DNA of 59,846 bases from Lama guanicoe. Lineage: Eukaryota. The position numbers and the translations under genes were made by a program. The DNA lies in contig MU054194.1 in NCBI GenBank assembly GCA_013239625.1, positions 214,071 to 273,916 on the forward strand, written 5' to 3'. This document shows positions 15,378-29,395 of the stretch, piece after piece. How positions within the stretch are numbered: the first letter of the stretch is position 1; each line of letters starts with the position of its first letter. The notes under the pieces are model-generated. The model had not been told where the DNA came from. It did no database searches and was given only the letters and a program-made list of their open reading frames with translations.

Positions 15378-15597
15378 GTTTTTTTTTTATTATTGAGTTA
15401 TAGTCAGTTTACAATGCTGTGTCAATTTCCAGTGTAGAGCACAATTTTTTCAGTTATACACGAACATACATATATTCATTGTCATCACATTCTTTTTCAC
15501 CATGAGCTACCACAAGATCTTGTAAATATTTCCCTTTGCTATACAGTATAACCTTGTTTATCTATTCTATATATACCTTTCAGTATCTACAAATCTC
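15378..15597 (-). mobile_element. Short young L1 3' end nested in an older L1
   Basis: Poly-T followed by the reverse complement of the young L1 3' UTR seen at 1050-1250. Confidence 0.85.
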
Positions 15598-17649
15598 GGT
15601 TTAAATAGGTCTAATTTGTTTATTTTTTTTCTTTCCTTTTGCCTTTGGAGATGGGTGTAAGAAAATATTGCTACAATTTATGTCAAAAGTTTCACCTGTA
15701 TCCTCTTCTAGGAGCTTCATGTTTTCACATCTTATATTTAGGTCTTTAAACCATTCCAAATTTGTTGGTGTGAGGTGTGAACCGATGTCTTACATGTGGC
15801 TTTTCAGTTTTCCCATCACCACTTGTTGTAGAGACTGTCCTCTCCACTGTATGGTCTTCCCTGCTTTGTCAGAGTTTAATTTATCAGTAGTGGGTGGATT
15901 TATTTCTGGACTCTCTAATCTGTTGTGTTGATTTTTGTGTCTGCATTTGTGACAGTACCAAACTGTCTGGATTGCTGTAGTTTTGTAGTATAGTCTGAAG
16001 TCTGGAAGGGAAATACCTCCAGTTGTTGTTTTTCTTTTTTTCCTTCAAATTGCTTGGGCAGGGTTTTCTGTTGTTCCATATAAATTTTAAGATTGTTTAT
16101 TCAAGTTCTGTGAAAAATGTCATGGCATTTTGATAAGGGTTGTGTTCAATCTGGGGATTGCTTTGGGAAGTATGGCCTTTTTAACCATATGAGTTTTTTC
16201 AATCCACAGGCACATGCATCATCTGCATTTCCCTTTATGTATGTTTTATTGTTTTCAGACTATAGGTCTATCACTTTCTTGTTTCAGTTTATTCCTAAGT
16301 TGTTTTTTTTTAATTTTTGGTGTGAATTTAAATAGGATTTTTTTAAAGCTTTCTCTTTCTGATATTTTGTTATGGGTGTATAGACACACAACAGATATTT
16401 GTATATTAATCTTATATCTTGCAACCTCCTGAAGTTGTCTATTCGTCCTAACAGTTTTAGGGCTGAGACCTTAGGGTTTTCTACGTAAAGTATCTTGGAA
16501 TATGCAAACAGTGATAGCTCTTCCCTTTCCACTTGGATAATTTATTTATTTGTTGTTTGATTGCTGTGGATAAGACTTCTAATACTATGTTAAAAGGAAG
16601 TGGTGACAGTGTCTTGTTCCAGGATTTACTGTGAAGGCTTTCAACTTTTCACCTTTGAGTATGGTGTTGCCTGTGGGTGTGTCACAAATAACCTTTATTA
16701 TGTGGAGATATTTTCCCTCTGTACCCACTTTGATGATTGTTTCTATCACAAATGAATGTTGAATTTTTCCAGTAATTTTTGTATTGATTAAGATGATCAT
16801 GTGATTTTTGTCCTTCTTTTTGTTGATGTGGTATATTGTATCAGTTGATTTGCAAAGGTTGCTCCACCCTTGTGATCCTGGAAAAAATCTAAATTGATCA
16901 TGGAGTATGATCTTTTTATGCATTGTTAGGTTCAATTTGCTAATACTCTGTTGAGGATTTTTGCACTTATACTTCCCAAAGAAGTTGGTCTGTCATTTGA
17001 TTTCTTCTGTAGTGACTTTGTCTGGTTTTGGTGTCAGGGTAATGGTGGCTTCATAGAATGACTTTGGGAGTATTCTCTTTTCTTTCATCTTTTTTTGGAA
17101 TTGTTTGAGAAGCATGCATATAAATTCTCCCTTATATGTTTCATAGAATTCCCCTGTGAAGCCATCTGGTCCTAGACTTTTGTTAGCTGGGAGTTTATTT
17201 TTTTAATTAAAAATTTAATTTCACGTTTAGTGTTCGGTGTCTTCAAATTGTCTATCTCTTCTTGATTCAGTCTTGGCAGGTTGCTTGTTTCTGATAATTT
17301 GCCCGTTTCTCATAGGCTGTCCAATTTGTTGGCATTAACTGGTCATAGCGTTCTCTTATGATTTTTTTGTGCGTCTCTGTGTAACACAAACAAATCATAA
17401 GAGAATGCCTGTTGTCATTTGTCTTCTTTCAATTCTTAGTTTGTTTATTTGGAGTCTCTATTTTCTTTATGGTGAACCTAGCTAAAGATTTATTAACTTT
17501 GTTTGTCTTTTCCAAAAAAAAGTTATTGATTTCATTGGTATTTTCTATTGTTTATTTGATCTTTATTTTCTTTATTCCCTCTCTGATACTTTATTTTCCT
17601 CCTTTTGCTGACTTTGGGCTTTATTTTTTGTTTGTTTGTTTTTGTTGTT

Positions 17650-17755
17650 GATTTTTTGAGGAGGGAGGTAATTAGGTTTCATTTATTTATTTTTAATTGA
17701 GGGACTGGGGATTGAAGCCAGCACCTTGTGCTTGCTACACAAGCTATACCCTCCT
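17650..17755 (-). mobile_element. Degenerate tRNA-derived SINE (Vic-1-like)
   Basis: ctggggattgaagccagcacc...gctataccctcc resembles the SINE at 47089-47190, with the taattaggtt tail. Confidence 0.65.
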
Positions 17756-20700
17756 TGCCACTTGTTCTTCCTTTGTTATTGTTTGGGTGTTTATGTTAGG
17801 TTGTTTATTTGACATTTTCTTATATCTATAGAAAGGTCTTATCACTACGAATTTCCCTCTTAGAACTGCTTTTGCTGCATCCCATAGATTGTGGAAAATT
17901 ATGTTTCTATTTCCATTTGTCTCAAGGTATTGTTTGATTTCCTCTATGATTTCATCATTGGTCCATTTACTAGCATGTTTAGTCTATAAGTGTTTGTTCT
18001 TTTCCCATTTCCCTTTCTGTAGTTGATTTTTAATTGCCTATCATTGTGGTCAGAAAAAAAATGCTTGATACCATTTCTATCCTGTTAAATTTGTTGAGGC
18101 TTGATTTAGTGGCCTATTATGTGATCTATCCTGGAGAGTGTTCCATGTCCACTTGAAAATAATGTGTATTCTGCTGTTTTTTTTAATGTAATGTCCTTTA
18201 ATATCTGTTAATTCCAACTGGTATAGTGTGCCATTTAAGACTACTTTTGCCTTATTGATCTTCCTTCTAGGATGACTTGTTCATTGATGTCAGTTGAGTG
18301 TTAAAGTCCCCTACTGTTATTTTATTATTGTCCATTTCTCTCTTTATATCAGTCAGCATTTGCTTTACATACTCCTATATTGGGTGTACGTATGCTCACT
18401 AGTGTAATATCTTCTTGCATTGATCCCTTTATTATCGTATCATGTCCTTTTTTGTCTTTTGTTACAACCTTTGTTTTAAAGTCTATTTGGTTTTATATGA
18501 GTATTGCTACCCCTGCTTTCTTGTAGTTTCCATTTGCATGAAACATCTTTTTCCTTTCTCTCTCTTTCAGTCTGTGTGTATCTTTAACCCTGAACTGAGT
18601 TGAGTCTCTTGTCACTAGCATATTAAAACATGTTGCTGTTAGTCTTATCTTATCACCCACACTATGTCTTTAATTAATTAGTGGAGACTTTCGTTCATTG
18701 ACTTTTAGACTAATTATTGATAGGTCAGTACTTATTTCCATTTCATTACTTCTTTTCCAGTTATTTTTGTAGTACTCTGTTCATTTCATCTTCTTTTTCC
18801 CCTTCCATTGTGGTTTACTTATTTTTTTGTACTCTTGGTTTCCTTTGTTTTCCATTTTTGTGTATCTATTGTACGTTTTTGATTTCTGATTACCATGGAG
18901 TTCATATATTCTGATGCATATTATATCTTCCTGATTTACACTGAAGTTCAAACACATTCTACTTTTTGTACTCCTTTCCTATGTATTTTGTGTTTTTCAT
19001 GCCATACTTTACATCTTTTTGCTTATCCATTTACTGTTTATCATATAGATAATTTTACAAAGTTTTCATCTCTATTCAATCTATATGTTGGCTTATTTAA
19101 GTGATCATCAATCCTTACTATATATTTGCTTTCTCTAGTGTGATTTTTCCCTTTCTTATAGGGTCTTACCTCTTTTCAATTTAGAATATACTCTTCAAAT
19201 TTTCTCGTAGTGCAGGGTTAGTATTGCTAAATTTTTTTCAGGTTTTTGCTTGTCTCAGAATTACTTTTTCTCTTCTATTCTAAATACTATTTTTTTTCTG
19301 GGTAGATTCTCCTAGGTTGCAGGGTTTTTTGTTTTGGGTTTTGTTTTTGTTTTTCCACTTTTGGCATTTTGACTGTATTATGTCATCCCTTCCTGGCCTC
19401 CAGAGATTCTGCAGATAAATCTGCTGATAGCTTTATGAGGATTCCCTTGTATATAACTCTTTTATTTCTCTTTTACTGCTTTTTGAATCCTCTCCTTATC
19501 TTTAACTTTTGTTATTTTTATTATGATATGTCTTGATGTGGGTCTGTCTGGGTTAATAACATTTCAGATCCTGTGTGCTTCCTGTACCTTGATAATCTGT
19601 TTTCTTCGATTGGTTAGGGAAATTTTCAGTCAATCTCCTCAAATGCAGTTTTGATACCCTTCTCCCTTCTCCTGCTGAAACTCCTGTAGTACAAATCTTG
19701 GCACATTTGGTGTTACCCCAGATATCTAATATGTTTCAATCTTATTTTCTTCATCTTTCTGTCTGCTGTTTTAGTGATTGCCATTGTTGTATCTTCCAGA
19801 TCACTTATGTGTTCTTTTGTGTCATTATTCTGCTATTATTTGCTTCTAGAGTGTTTTTCATCTCAGATATTGAATTACTCATTTTTGATTGGGCCCTCTT
19901 TGTATTTTCTAGTTCTTTGATAAAATAATCCATGTTTAGATAATTGCCCTTTCCTTATTCAGTTAGCATTTTTATTACTTATTTTTTAATCTGGCAAATT
20001 GTTTATTTTTGTTGTATTATTTTCATTTTCAGGGGTTTTCTCTTGCCCTTGCAATTGGGAGTAGATCCTCTGCTTTTTCATTTTACTTAACTTTCTCTGC
20101 TTCTTTAAATTAAGTAAAACTATTTCCTATTATGGCCTTGAAAGGGTGTTTTTTATGTGGGAATGTCCCTATACAGACTGTGTGTGCCCAATTACTTTTT
20201 TTTGGGGGGGAGGGCTCAATTTGATACGGATACAAGTGACATCTTGCCTTGGATTATGCTGACAGCTAACATGTTGTTAGGTGTTGTTGATGTTTATGAA
20301 GGATCTACAGCTTGTGCAGGGTTTGAGCCAGAGCTTCCTTTCTACTCAATAGATGTCACCTCCATTTCATGGGCAGGGTCGACTCCCCAGTTGCTGGAGT
20401 AGAAGTTATGAGAAGAATAGAGCCAGGCTTAAGCTGGCTCTATTCCTTTCAAGTGTGCATTTTTCCTTCTCCCTACACCAGGATCATTTTCCCCAAAGGA
20501 AGGGAGTGCTAAAGCAAGTGAAGCATGTGTAATTATAGATGTCCAATGCTCTGCCTGTATAAGCATCCACAGCTCTGCTCAGATGCAGCCTACTGTCAAA
20601 TATTTTCTTGGGGCATGACTGCTCTAGATCTAGCACCAAGTTGTGGCTAGGAGTGAATGGAGCCTGAGCATTAACTTGGCTTAGGCTGGGGCATGCAGTG

Positions 20701-21059
20701 AAGTGGTTATAGAAATTCTGGCAGCCATGCTGCTGCAGTTGTTTGAGCTATATTTGTGGTACCACTTGAATAACCACCACCAGTGGCCACCACCACCCCA
20801 TCTAGGCTGTGCCCCATCAGCCATTATTTCTTTAAATAAGATTAATTTTCATGTTTCTTTCTCTTCTACTTCTGGAACTCCAGTAATGCATAAAATGTTA
20901 TTTTTAGGTGTTTATCATGATGCGTGTTGTCTTTCTTTTCTCTTTCTAAAATTGTTTTCCCTCTTGCTCTTCTAACTGCATGATTAAAACGAATCTCTTT
21001 TCCCATACTCTTTCTTCTTGTTGCTAATTCAAGCTATGTAAACTCTAAACACAACAAGA

Positions 21060-21273
21060 ACAGGTGTGGATTTACACCAAGGGAAATTACTATGATGAAA
21101 TATCAAGGGTCAGAAGATTTTTTTTCTAAACTGACTTGGTAACGTACTTGCCTACTGGACTATGCAGCACTAGTAAGGACAAGACAAGCACAAAAGGCCA
21201 TGGTTGAATTTCAGTCAAGAAGAGGTCTCAGGGTACCAAAATAAAGTTTGATCAAGAAGACAGTCTCTGCCAG
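21060..21273 (-). mobile_element. ERV1 LTR fragment (MER31/MER67-like)
   Basis: End motif gtcaagaagaggtctcagggtaccaaaataaagtttgatcaagaagacagtctctgcca resembles the reverse complement of MER31/MER67 5' ends as I recall them. Confidence 0.5.
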
Positions 21274-21449
21274 CCCAGACATAAAACTTTTTGTATATGT
21301 TCAAATGATTTTTGACTAGTTTTCCAAGACTTTTTAACTCGGGAAAAGGAAAGCCATTTCAAGAAATATTGCTAGGCAAATCAGATATCCACATGCATGA
21401 GAATAATGGTAGACCTTTACATTTTATCATGTACAAAAATATACTCAAG

Positions 21450-22186
21450 AGAATAGTGACCTCAGCAACATGGCTGTGTAAGATGTGCCTCCTATTTATC
21501 CCCATTTTTAATCAGCAAATTAGGCATCCATATATAAACAAAAGTGCCTTTGTAGGTGTTTTTTGACCTAGAATCTTACTCTGTGGGAACTGAATGGGGT
21601 CTTTCCCATCAGTGAAGCCTGTAACAAACATACAACCCTCTGTGCAGACTGCAGGATCAGCAGAGCCAGAGAAACTGCCTAGACCTTTCTCACCACTGTC
21701 ATGCAGTAATTCAGTGAGTCTTGACCCAGGCAGTCACTCATGCACAAAAAAAAAAAAAACTTGCAGAACTCCAGCCTTTCCAAAGGCAGACATTTTTGCA
21801 TAACTTGGGGGGAAAATACAAGTTTGGTCACAGTGCAGACATTAAAAGAAATTTTTCAGTGTCATCCCTTCCACAAGGAAACACTAAATGTGGCAAATTT
21901 ATCCATTAAGCAGGGCCTGTCTCACAGAAGGAAAGAAAAGTAATGAGTTAATACCTGGCTCCCCCGGTTGGGTAGAACATGATTGGAGGAATCCACTTCT
22001 TTTTACCAGCACCCAGAGTACTGAGATGAGAGTTGTAAAACTGAGGGGGAGGGAGGATACTGGGTAAAAGGCAGATAAAATTTCAAACAGCAATATATAT
22101 ATATTGACCCATTGTTAACAAAATTGATTGACCCATTGATAACAAAAGACAAAAAAGGACATGATATGATAATAAAGGGATCAATG

Positions 22187-22227
<41 letters not shown>

Positions 22228-25200
22228 TGGGCCCAGTGAGATGTCCACCTATGAGCCTGTGATAGTACCAGCACCAGAAATCGCCTGCTGGGTTTGGGGA
22301 AACCAAATGAACCAAACACTGAGTTCTAAGCCCACACCTCCTCCTACTCTTCTGCCCATACCTTGTAGGCATTGCTGAGTGCATCCACAAGTCCAAGCTC
22401 CAGTGGACATGGAGCATGCACAGGAAACAGGCTATAGTCTGTGGGCAAGAGAGAAGCCATAGCTTGAGCTATAGTGCCATCTTCTAAAAAAAAAAAAGAC
22501 AGAAATTTCCAGGAGACAATCTGGTGAATTTTAAGAATGAGACAAAATATGTAAGCTTAAACATTCACCCAAAAGGGGGAACAAGAAGAGTGGAGAAGGC
22601 ACACCTTTGCAAAATAACAATATCATAGAATTTAATGCCCCATCTCCTAAAGACAATGGAAAGGAGTAAATGAGTTGCTTTCTACTTCAAACGCAAAAGC
22701 ACCAACACGTAACTATAAATAATTAAAAAAATAAGAAAAGGTGTCATCACACACACACACACACACAAACAAGTAAAAGTTACCAGTAACCGAGCTGAAG
22801 GTCACATAGTATTTCAATCTAGTTGATACATAACTCAAAATATCTTTTATGAAGAAACTCAGTGAGTTACAGGAAAGCAGAGAAAGGCAATTTTATGAAA
22901 TCAAGAATAAAATACATGAACAAAATTAATTGTTTGCCAAAGAGATTAAAATTATCAAAAGTTAAGCTGACATTCTTTAGCTGAATAATTCAATAAATGA
23001 GATGAAGAATGCAATAAAGTGCATCGGTAGCAGTGTAGACTAGATAGAAGAAAGAATAAGTAACTTCAGGATATGAAATCTGAAATAACACAGAAGAAAA
23101 GAAGGATCGATACTTTAAAAAGAGTAAAGAACGTTTATTTGAGTTATGGAATTCCATCTAAGACACAAATATCAGAATAACTGAGGATCCATAAGGAGAA
23201 AAGTGTGGAGAGTTTACTTAAAGAAATAAACCTGATAACTTTACAGGCCTGGGGAGACTTGGACATGCAAGCTTATGAAGCTAATAGAAAACCCCACTGT
23301 CCCAATCCATACAAGTTCATGAAGCTAATAGAAAACCCTATTATCTCAGTCAAAAAGAGCCTTCCAAAAGACACATTATAATCAAACTGTTAATAATAAA
23401 TGATAAAGAAAGAATCTTAAAGTCTGTCAGCAGGAAAAAAAAAAAGAATGTAATTTACAAAAGAAACCCCATTAGAGTATGAATAGATTTTTCAGAAGAA
23501 ACTCTATGGGCCAGAGGATAGTAGAAAGACATATCTAAAGTGTTGAAAGGTAAAAATTGCCAGCGAAACATACTTTATCTGCAAGTTCTCCTTTGGATAT
23601 GTTGGAGAAATAAAGACATTCTCAGACAGAAGCTGAGCGAGTTCACCTACTAGACTTATCTTGCAATAAATGATAAAAAGAGTTCTAGATAAAGGTGAAA
23701 ATGTTAATCAGTGACATGAAAACATAAAAGTAAACAACACACTGGTAAAGATAAAATATATATGGTCAGACTAAGAAAACTCTAACATTTTATTAGGATG
23801 ATGTATTAACCACTCAACTGTAGTATAAAGGTTAAAGGAAAAGAGTAGTAAAAATAACTGCAGTCATTCTAAGTTGTTAACAATTATACACTATGAAAAA
23901 AGGGAAATTGTGACATCAATAATATGAGAGGATTAAAAGGTTGGAGTGGTTATAGGTGATCAAAGGTAAGTTTCTATTAGCCTAGAGTTGACTGTTTTAT
24001 CTATGTTTTATATAATTGCAAGTTACCACAAAGAAAAAAGTATCAAGTAGATTCATAAAAGACTAAGGGAAAATAGAGCATTCACCACAGAAAATAACCA
24101 GTTTGCAAAGGTAGGTAGTAACAGGGGAGAAGAAGCAATAAAAATGCAAAAATAAAAGAGAAACCTATAAAGAAGATAGTAAGTCATTTAATATAAACAA
24201 TTATCCTAAATATAAGTAGATTGAACTCACCAATCAAAAGGCATAGAGTGGCTGGATGGATTAGAAAAACAAGGTGCAACTGTATATTTCAAAGAAAGAC
24301 CCACTTAAGATTTTATTATGCACATAGACTCAGAGTGAAGAAATATAAAAAGGAATTCCATACAAGTGAAAACCAAGAGACAATGGGAATAGCTATACTT
24401 ATATCAAACATAATGGACTTTAATCCAAAAAGAGTAATAAGAGAAATAGGTCATTATATAGTGATAAAGTGTTCAGTCCACCAAGAAGATATAATAATCA
24501 NNNNNNNNNNNNNNNNNNNNNNNNNNNNNNNNNNNNNNNNNNNNNNNNNNNNNNNNNNNNNNNNNNNNNNNNNNNNNNNNNNNNNNNNNNNNNNNNNNNN
24601 NNNNNNNNNNNNNNNNNNNNNNNNNNNNNNNNNNNNNNNNNNNNNNNNNNNNNNNNNNNNNNNNNNNNNNNNNNNNNNNNNNNNNNNNNNNNNNNNNNNN
24701 NNNNNNNNNNNNNNNNNNNNNNNNNNNNNNNNNNNNNNNNGACAAGTGGGATCAAACTTAAAGGCTTCTTCACTGCAAAAGAAACAACCAGATGAAAAGG
24801 CAACCTGTGAGACTGAAGAAAACATTTGGAAACCATGTGTATCATAAAGGGTTACTATATAAAATGTACAAAGTGTTTATGCAACTCAGTAACAACAACA
24901 ACAACAACAACAACAAAACAAACCTAATATATATAATTAAATTAGGCAGAGAGTCTAAATAGAATTGTTCCAAAGAAGAAATCCAAATGGCCAACAGTTA
25001 CATAAAGATGTCCTCAATAGTAGTAATCATCAAGGAGATGCATATCAGAAAACAACAAGATGTCATCTCACACCTGAAAGAATGGCTACCTTCAAGAAGA
25101 TAAGCGGTAACAAGTGCTGGTGAGGTTGCTGAGAAAGCAGAACCCTTGTGCAATTGGTGGGATTGTAATCCGGTTCAGCCACTATGGAAAATAGTATGAG

Positions 25201-25695
25201 GATCTATGCAGGATATATATCAGATAGATATAGATATAGACATAGAGTATTTCTATGAAACCATTTGTATGCTGAAATGGCATAAGGCAAAGAAACAATT
25301 ACCCTACGATGCATTTTGCTAATGAATGTACAAAATAAATTAGATAAAGCACAGTTGTTCACAGACACAGTTCAAAGATGTACTGACTTGATGCTGAATA
25401 TAATTCCTGGGACAAGAGCATAGTGGGGCCACTCTAGCGGCTCTAGTGCTCACTGCCTATATAATGGCTCACTGCAGAATAAACTCTGAATGATATTTTT
25501 GCTTTTCAATTTTATTTTTGTAACAGCAAAAAAAAAATCCTTCGTTATTTCTCTCAGTTAGCAACAACAGATACTAAAAGTGAGCCTTTTATAAAAGCAA
25601 TGTGGCAAAAGTAAACTTTTGAAAAGTGGGGGGTAGCTGTACACACACACACGTGTGTGTGTGTGTCTATGTGTGTGTCTATATATGTGTGTGTA

Positions 25696-25736
<41 letters not shown>

Positions 25737-26215
25737 TATTCAGTTGTGAGACAAAAGGAAACCTTGCCATTTATGACAACATGGATAGACCTTGAGGATA
25801 TTATCTAAGTAGAATAAGTCAGAGAAAGACAAACAATGTTTGATATATCTTTTATGTGGAATCTAAAAAAATAAATGAATAAACTTGAAAAATACAGGGA
25901 TTGCAATGTTGGTTACCAGGGGCTGAGGGTTGGGAGAATGGGAGAGATGTTAAAAGTCCATATGTGCAACTAATAGATAAATAAGTCCTGGTGATTTATT
26001 ACACACTGTGCAGTGATTATAAATAATAAGTCTGTATCATAAACATTAAACTTGCTAAGAGAGTATATCTTAATTTTTTCCACCACCAGAAAAAAATAAA
26101 AGTTATGTAACCCAATATACAATGGCAATCCTATCTCAACGTAAATGTATCAAATCAGTGTGTTGTACATCTTAAACTTACACAATGCTGTATTTCAGAT
26201 ATATCTCAATTAAAA
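21450..26215 (+). mobile_element. Degenerate LINE-1 (5' UTR, ORF1, gapped ORF2, 3' UTR) inserted in an older L1
   Basis: ORF1 remnants 22700-23700, endonuclease peptide 24221-24500 (NSPIKRHRVAGWI), 3' end about 26210, flanking aaa(t)actcaa repeats at about 21440 and 26215. Confidence 0.8.
25250..25640 (-). mobile_element. TcMar-Tigger DNA transposon fragment (MER6-like)
   Basis: Terminus ...aaacttttgaaaagtgggggtagctg+ta fits a Tigger TIR with a TA target. Internal sequence resembles MER6 as recalled. Confidence 0.65.
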
Positions 26216-27410
26216 AACTCAAAATGTATCAAAGACAAACACAAAAACTATAAGAATCCTAAAACAATAAAAAGGTAAAACTTCATAACATTGGATTTGT
26301 CCATGGCTTCTTGGATATGATAACAGTACATGCAGTGAAACAGAAAAATTAATAAGATGGACTATATCAAAGTTAGAAATTTCTGTGCATCAAAGGACAC
26401 GGTCAATAAAATGAAAAAGTAACCTACAGAATGGAAGAATTATTTGCAAATTCATATCTAAAGAGGGCTCATATTCATTTTATATAAAGAACTCCTACAA
26501 TGCAACAACATCAAAACAAAGAAAAACCTGATCACAAAAGGGCAAAATGTAAAAGTCTGTAAATATGCATTTCTCCAAAGAATACATAAAAATAGCCAAT
26601 AAGCATGTGAAAATTTGGTCAGTACCACTAATCATTAGGAAAATGCAAATTAAATCCACAATAAAAATAACCACTTCACACCCGTTAGGATGGGTGCTAT
26701 AAAAAATAAAAGAAATTTTTAAAATATACTGGTGAAGATGTGGAGGTTGGAAACTTTGTACACTGTTGGTGGGAATATAAAATGATGCAAGTACTGTGGA
26801 AAACAATACAGTCGCTCCTCATACAATTGAAAATAGAATTACAACACGATTCAGCATTTCCACTTCTTGTTATTCTCAAAAGAAGTGAGGACTCCAACAG
26901 GATTTGGAAACCCATGTTCATTAGCACTATTATTAACAATACTGAAATACTGGAAGTAACCTAAGTTTCCATCAATAAAATAACGGAGAAATAAAAGTGT
27001 TATATACATACAAATGAGTAGTATTCAGCCATAAGAAGGAAGATAATATTGACACAAAATAGGTAAACATTGTTGACATTATATTAATTAAAATATGACA
27101 GTCACAAAAAGGCAAATGCTGTATGATTTCGCTTATATGGGTTACATGGAGTAGTTAAATTTATACACACAGAAAGTATAATGGCGATTGACAGGACATT
27201 CATGAAGGAGTGCATGGAAAATTATCGTTTAATCTGTGCAGAGCTTCAGTTTTGCACGATGAGAAGTTCTGGAGATGAATGAAAGTTATGGTTGTGCAAC
27301 AATGTGCCTGTGCTGAATACCACTGAACTGTACACTTACAATTGATAACAAGGTAATTTTCTTTTTGTTGATGTGTGTTTTATGGCAGTTAAAACTTTAA
27401 AAAAATATAA
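26216..27410 (+). mobile_element. Old L1 (L1MB-like) 3' end
   Basis: ORF2 C-terminal peptide 26740-26964 (HCWWEYK) and L1MB-type 3' UTR. Confidence 0.8.
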
Positions 27411-27744
27411 TAGAATTGGAAATGTGCAAAATATTAGTAATAACGTCAGTAAAAATGGAGAAGAAAGGGAATCTAGGAGCTTTTACCTGCCTTAAAACAC
27501 ACAAAGAATGGCAAAATGTCAGAATCAAACTGATCAGAACTCTGGAAGATTTTGAACAGTTTACAGCAACCAAGAGACTGCTTAATTAGGATAAAGACCA
27601 CTAAAACATGGTAGGAGATATTTGTGGTGTTTCAACTTAATATTTGCTAGAACTGTCTCCCAGTATGGGAGTAGATTTTAATTCAACAGCCTGTGTTCTC
27701 AGTTGGCTAACAGGTTCTAGAAGGAGCAGTAGTTCCAAATCATT

Positions 27745-29210
27745 GTTTTTTGTTTATGTTTTATTTTTTATACTTTAGTTGTGGTAAAATGTACATAACA
27801 TAAAAGTCACCATTTTAGATGTACAGTCCTGTGGTAACAAGTATATTCACATTGTTGCACAACCAACACCATCATCTATTTCTATAATTTTTTTATCTTC
27901 CTAAACTGAAACTCCAAACCAATTAATGAATAACTTCCCATTTCCCCCTCCCTCCTACTCCAGTACCCATTCTTGGGCTTTCTGCCTGTATGAATTTGAT
28001 TACTCTAGGTACTTCATTAAAAAAGGAATCACACAATATTTTCCCTTTTCTGTCTAGTTTATTTCACGTCACATAATGTTGTGTGAATATCTCTACATCT
28101 CTATATCTATATCTATGGAACTGTTGGGTTATGTAGTAATTCTATATTTAATTTTTGAAGAAACACTGTATTGTTTTTCATAGTGGCTCCACCATTTTAC
28201 TTTCTAACCAGCAATGCAAAATTGCTTGAAATTCTCCATGTCCTTCCCAGCACTTGTTATTTTTGAATTGTTGATTAGTCCCTTGATATCAGTGGGTTGT
28301 TAATTCCTCTAATATTATTGTATTCCTGTTAATTTCTCCCTTTATTTCTGTTAGTAGTTGATTTCTGTATTTAGGTCCTCCTATATTGGATGCATATAAG
28401 TTAATGAGTGTAATATCCTCTTCTTTTATTGATCCCTTATCTCTTATATAGTGTCCTTCTTTGTCTTTCTTTGTGGTCTTTGTTTTAAAGCCTGTTTTGT
28501 CTGATTTGATTATTGCTAACCCCTATTCCTTGTCATTTCCACTTGCATAAAGGATATTTTCCTATTATCTCACTTTCAATCTATGCATGTCCTTTAACCT
28601 GAACTGAGTCTCTTTTAGTCAATATATTGTACATTATTGTTTTATGATTCAATCTGCCACTCTATGCCTTTTGGTTGGAGCATCGCTTTCACAAATTACA
28701 TTTTTTTTAAATCTATGTACTTAGTTATTGATCTTCAATCCTTTCATATATTTGCTTTCCCTGTTGTAATTTTCTCTTTCCTATGGATTCTTGCTTCTTT
28801 TCTATTTAGAGAAGACCTTTCAATATTTCTTTTAGGATAGGTTTAGTATTGCTGTAATCTTCTAGTTCTTCTTGTCTGAGAAATTATTTAACTCTCCTTC
28901 AATTCTAAATGATAATCCTGCTGGGTTGAATATCTTAGGTTGCAGGTTTTCCCCTTTCAGGACTTTGAATGTATCTTCCCACTCCCTTCTGGCCTGCAAT
29001 ATTTCTGTAGAGGAATCAGCTAGTAGCCTTATGGAGGTTTCCCTGTAACTAACTGGTTTTCTCTTGCTGCCTTTAGAAATTCTTTCAGCAGTATCTTGTA
29101 AGTTTTGGCGTACAGATCTTTCCCCTCCTTGGTTAAATTATTCTTTAGTATTTTAGTATTTTATGCTATTGTAAATGGGATTTTTTTCATTTATTTCTTG
29201 TTCAGATAGA
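27745..29210 (-). mobile_element. Mosaic of reverse-strand L1 fragments
   Basis: L1 3' UTR (27745-28270) plus endonuclease and ORF1 fragments. Confidence 0.7.
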
Positions 29211-29395
29211 TTACTGTAATGTATTTAAAATGGTATGTAGATCTAGATATAAAAATAGATATAGATTCAGATATAGATATAAAACTATATATGGTGCTTC
29301 TAGAAGTTATGCATGCCTCTGAGTTTGACAACAGCATTATTTCAGTAAAAACATGTGTTCAACACACTATTCTGCATGTAAAACACCATTTAAAG

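Larger units (their letters stand above)
14223..20817 (-). mobile_element. Near-full-length degenerate LINE-1 inserted into an older L1 ORF1 fragment
   Basis: Reverse ORF2 peptides (14667-15002, 16284-16935). Flanking direct repeat CAGCCATT at 14215-14222 and 20818-20825, with the older ORF1 continuing on both sides. Confidence 0.85.

Noticed and set aside
23264..23351. 44-bp direct repeat
   Set aside because: A small diverged duplication inside a dead L1 ORF1 with no sign of function.
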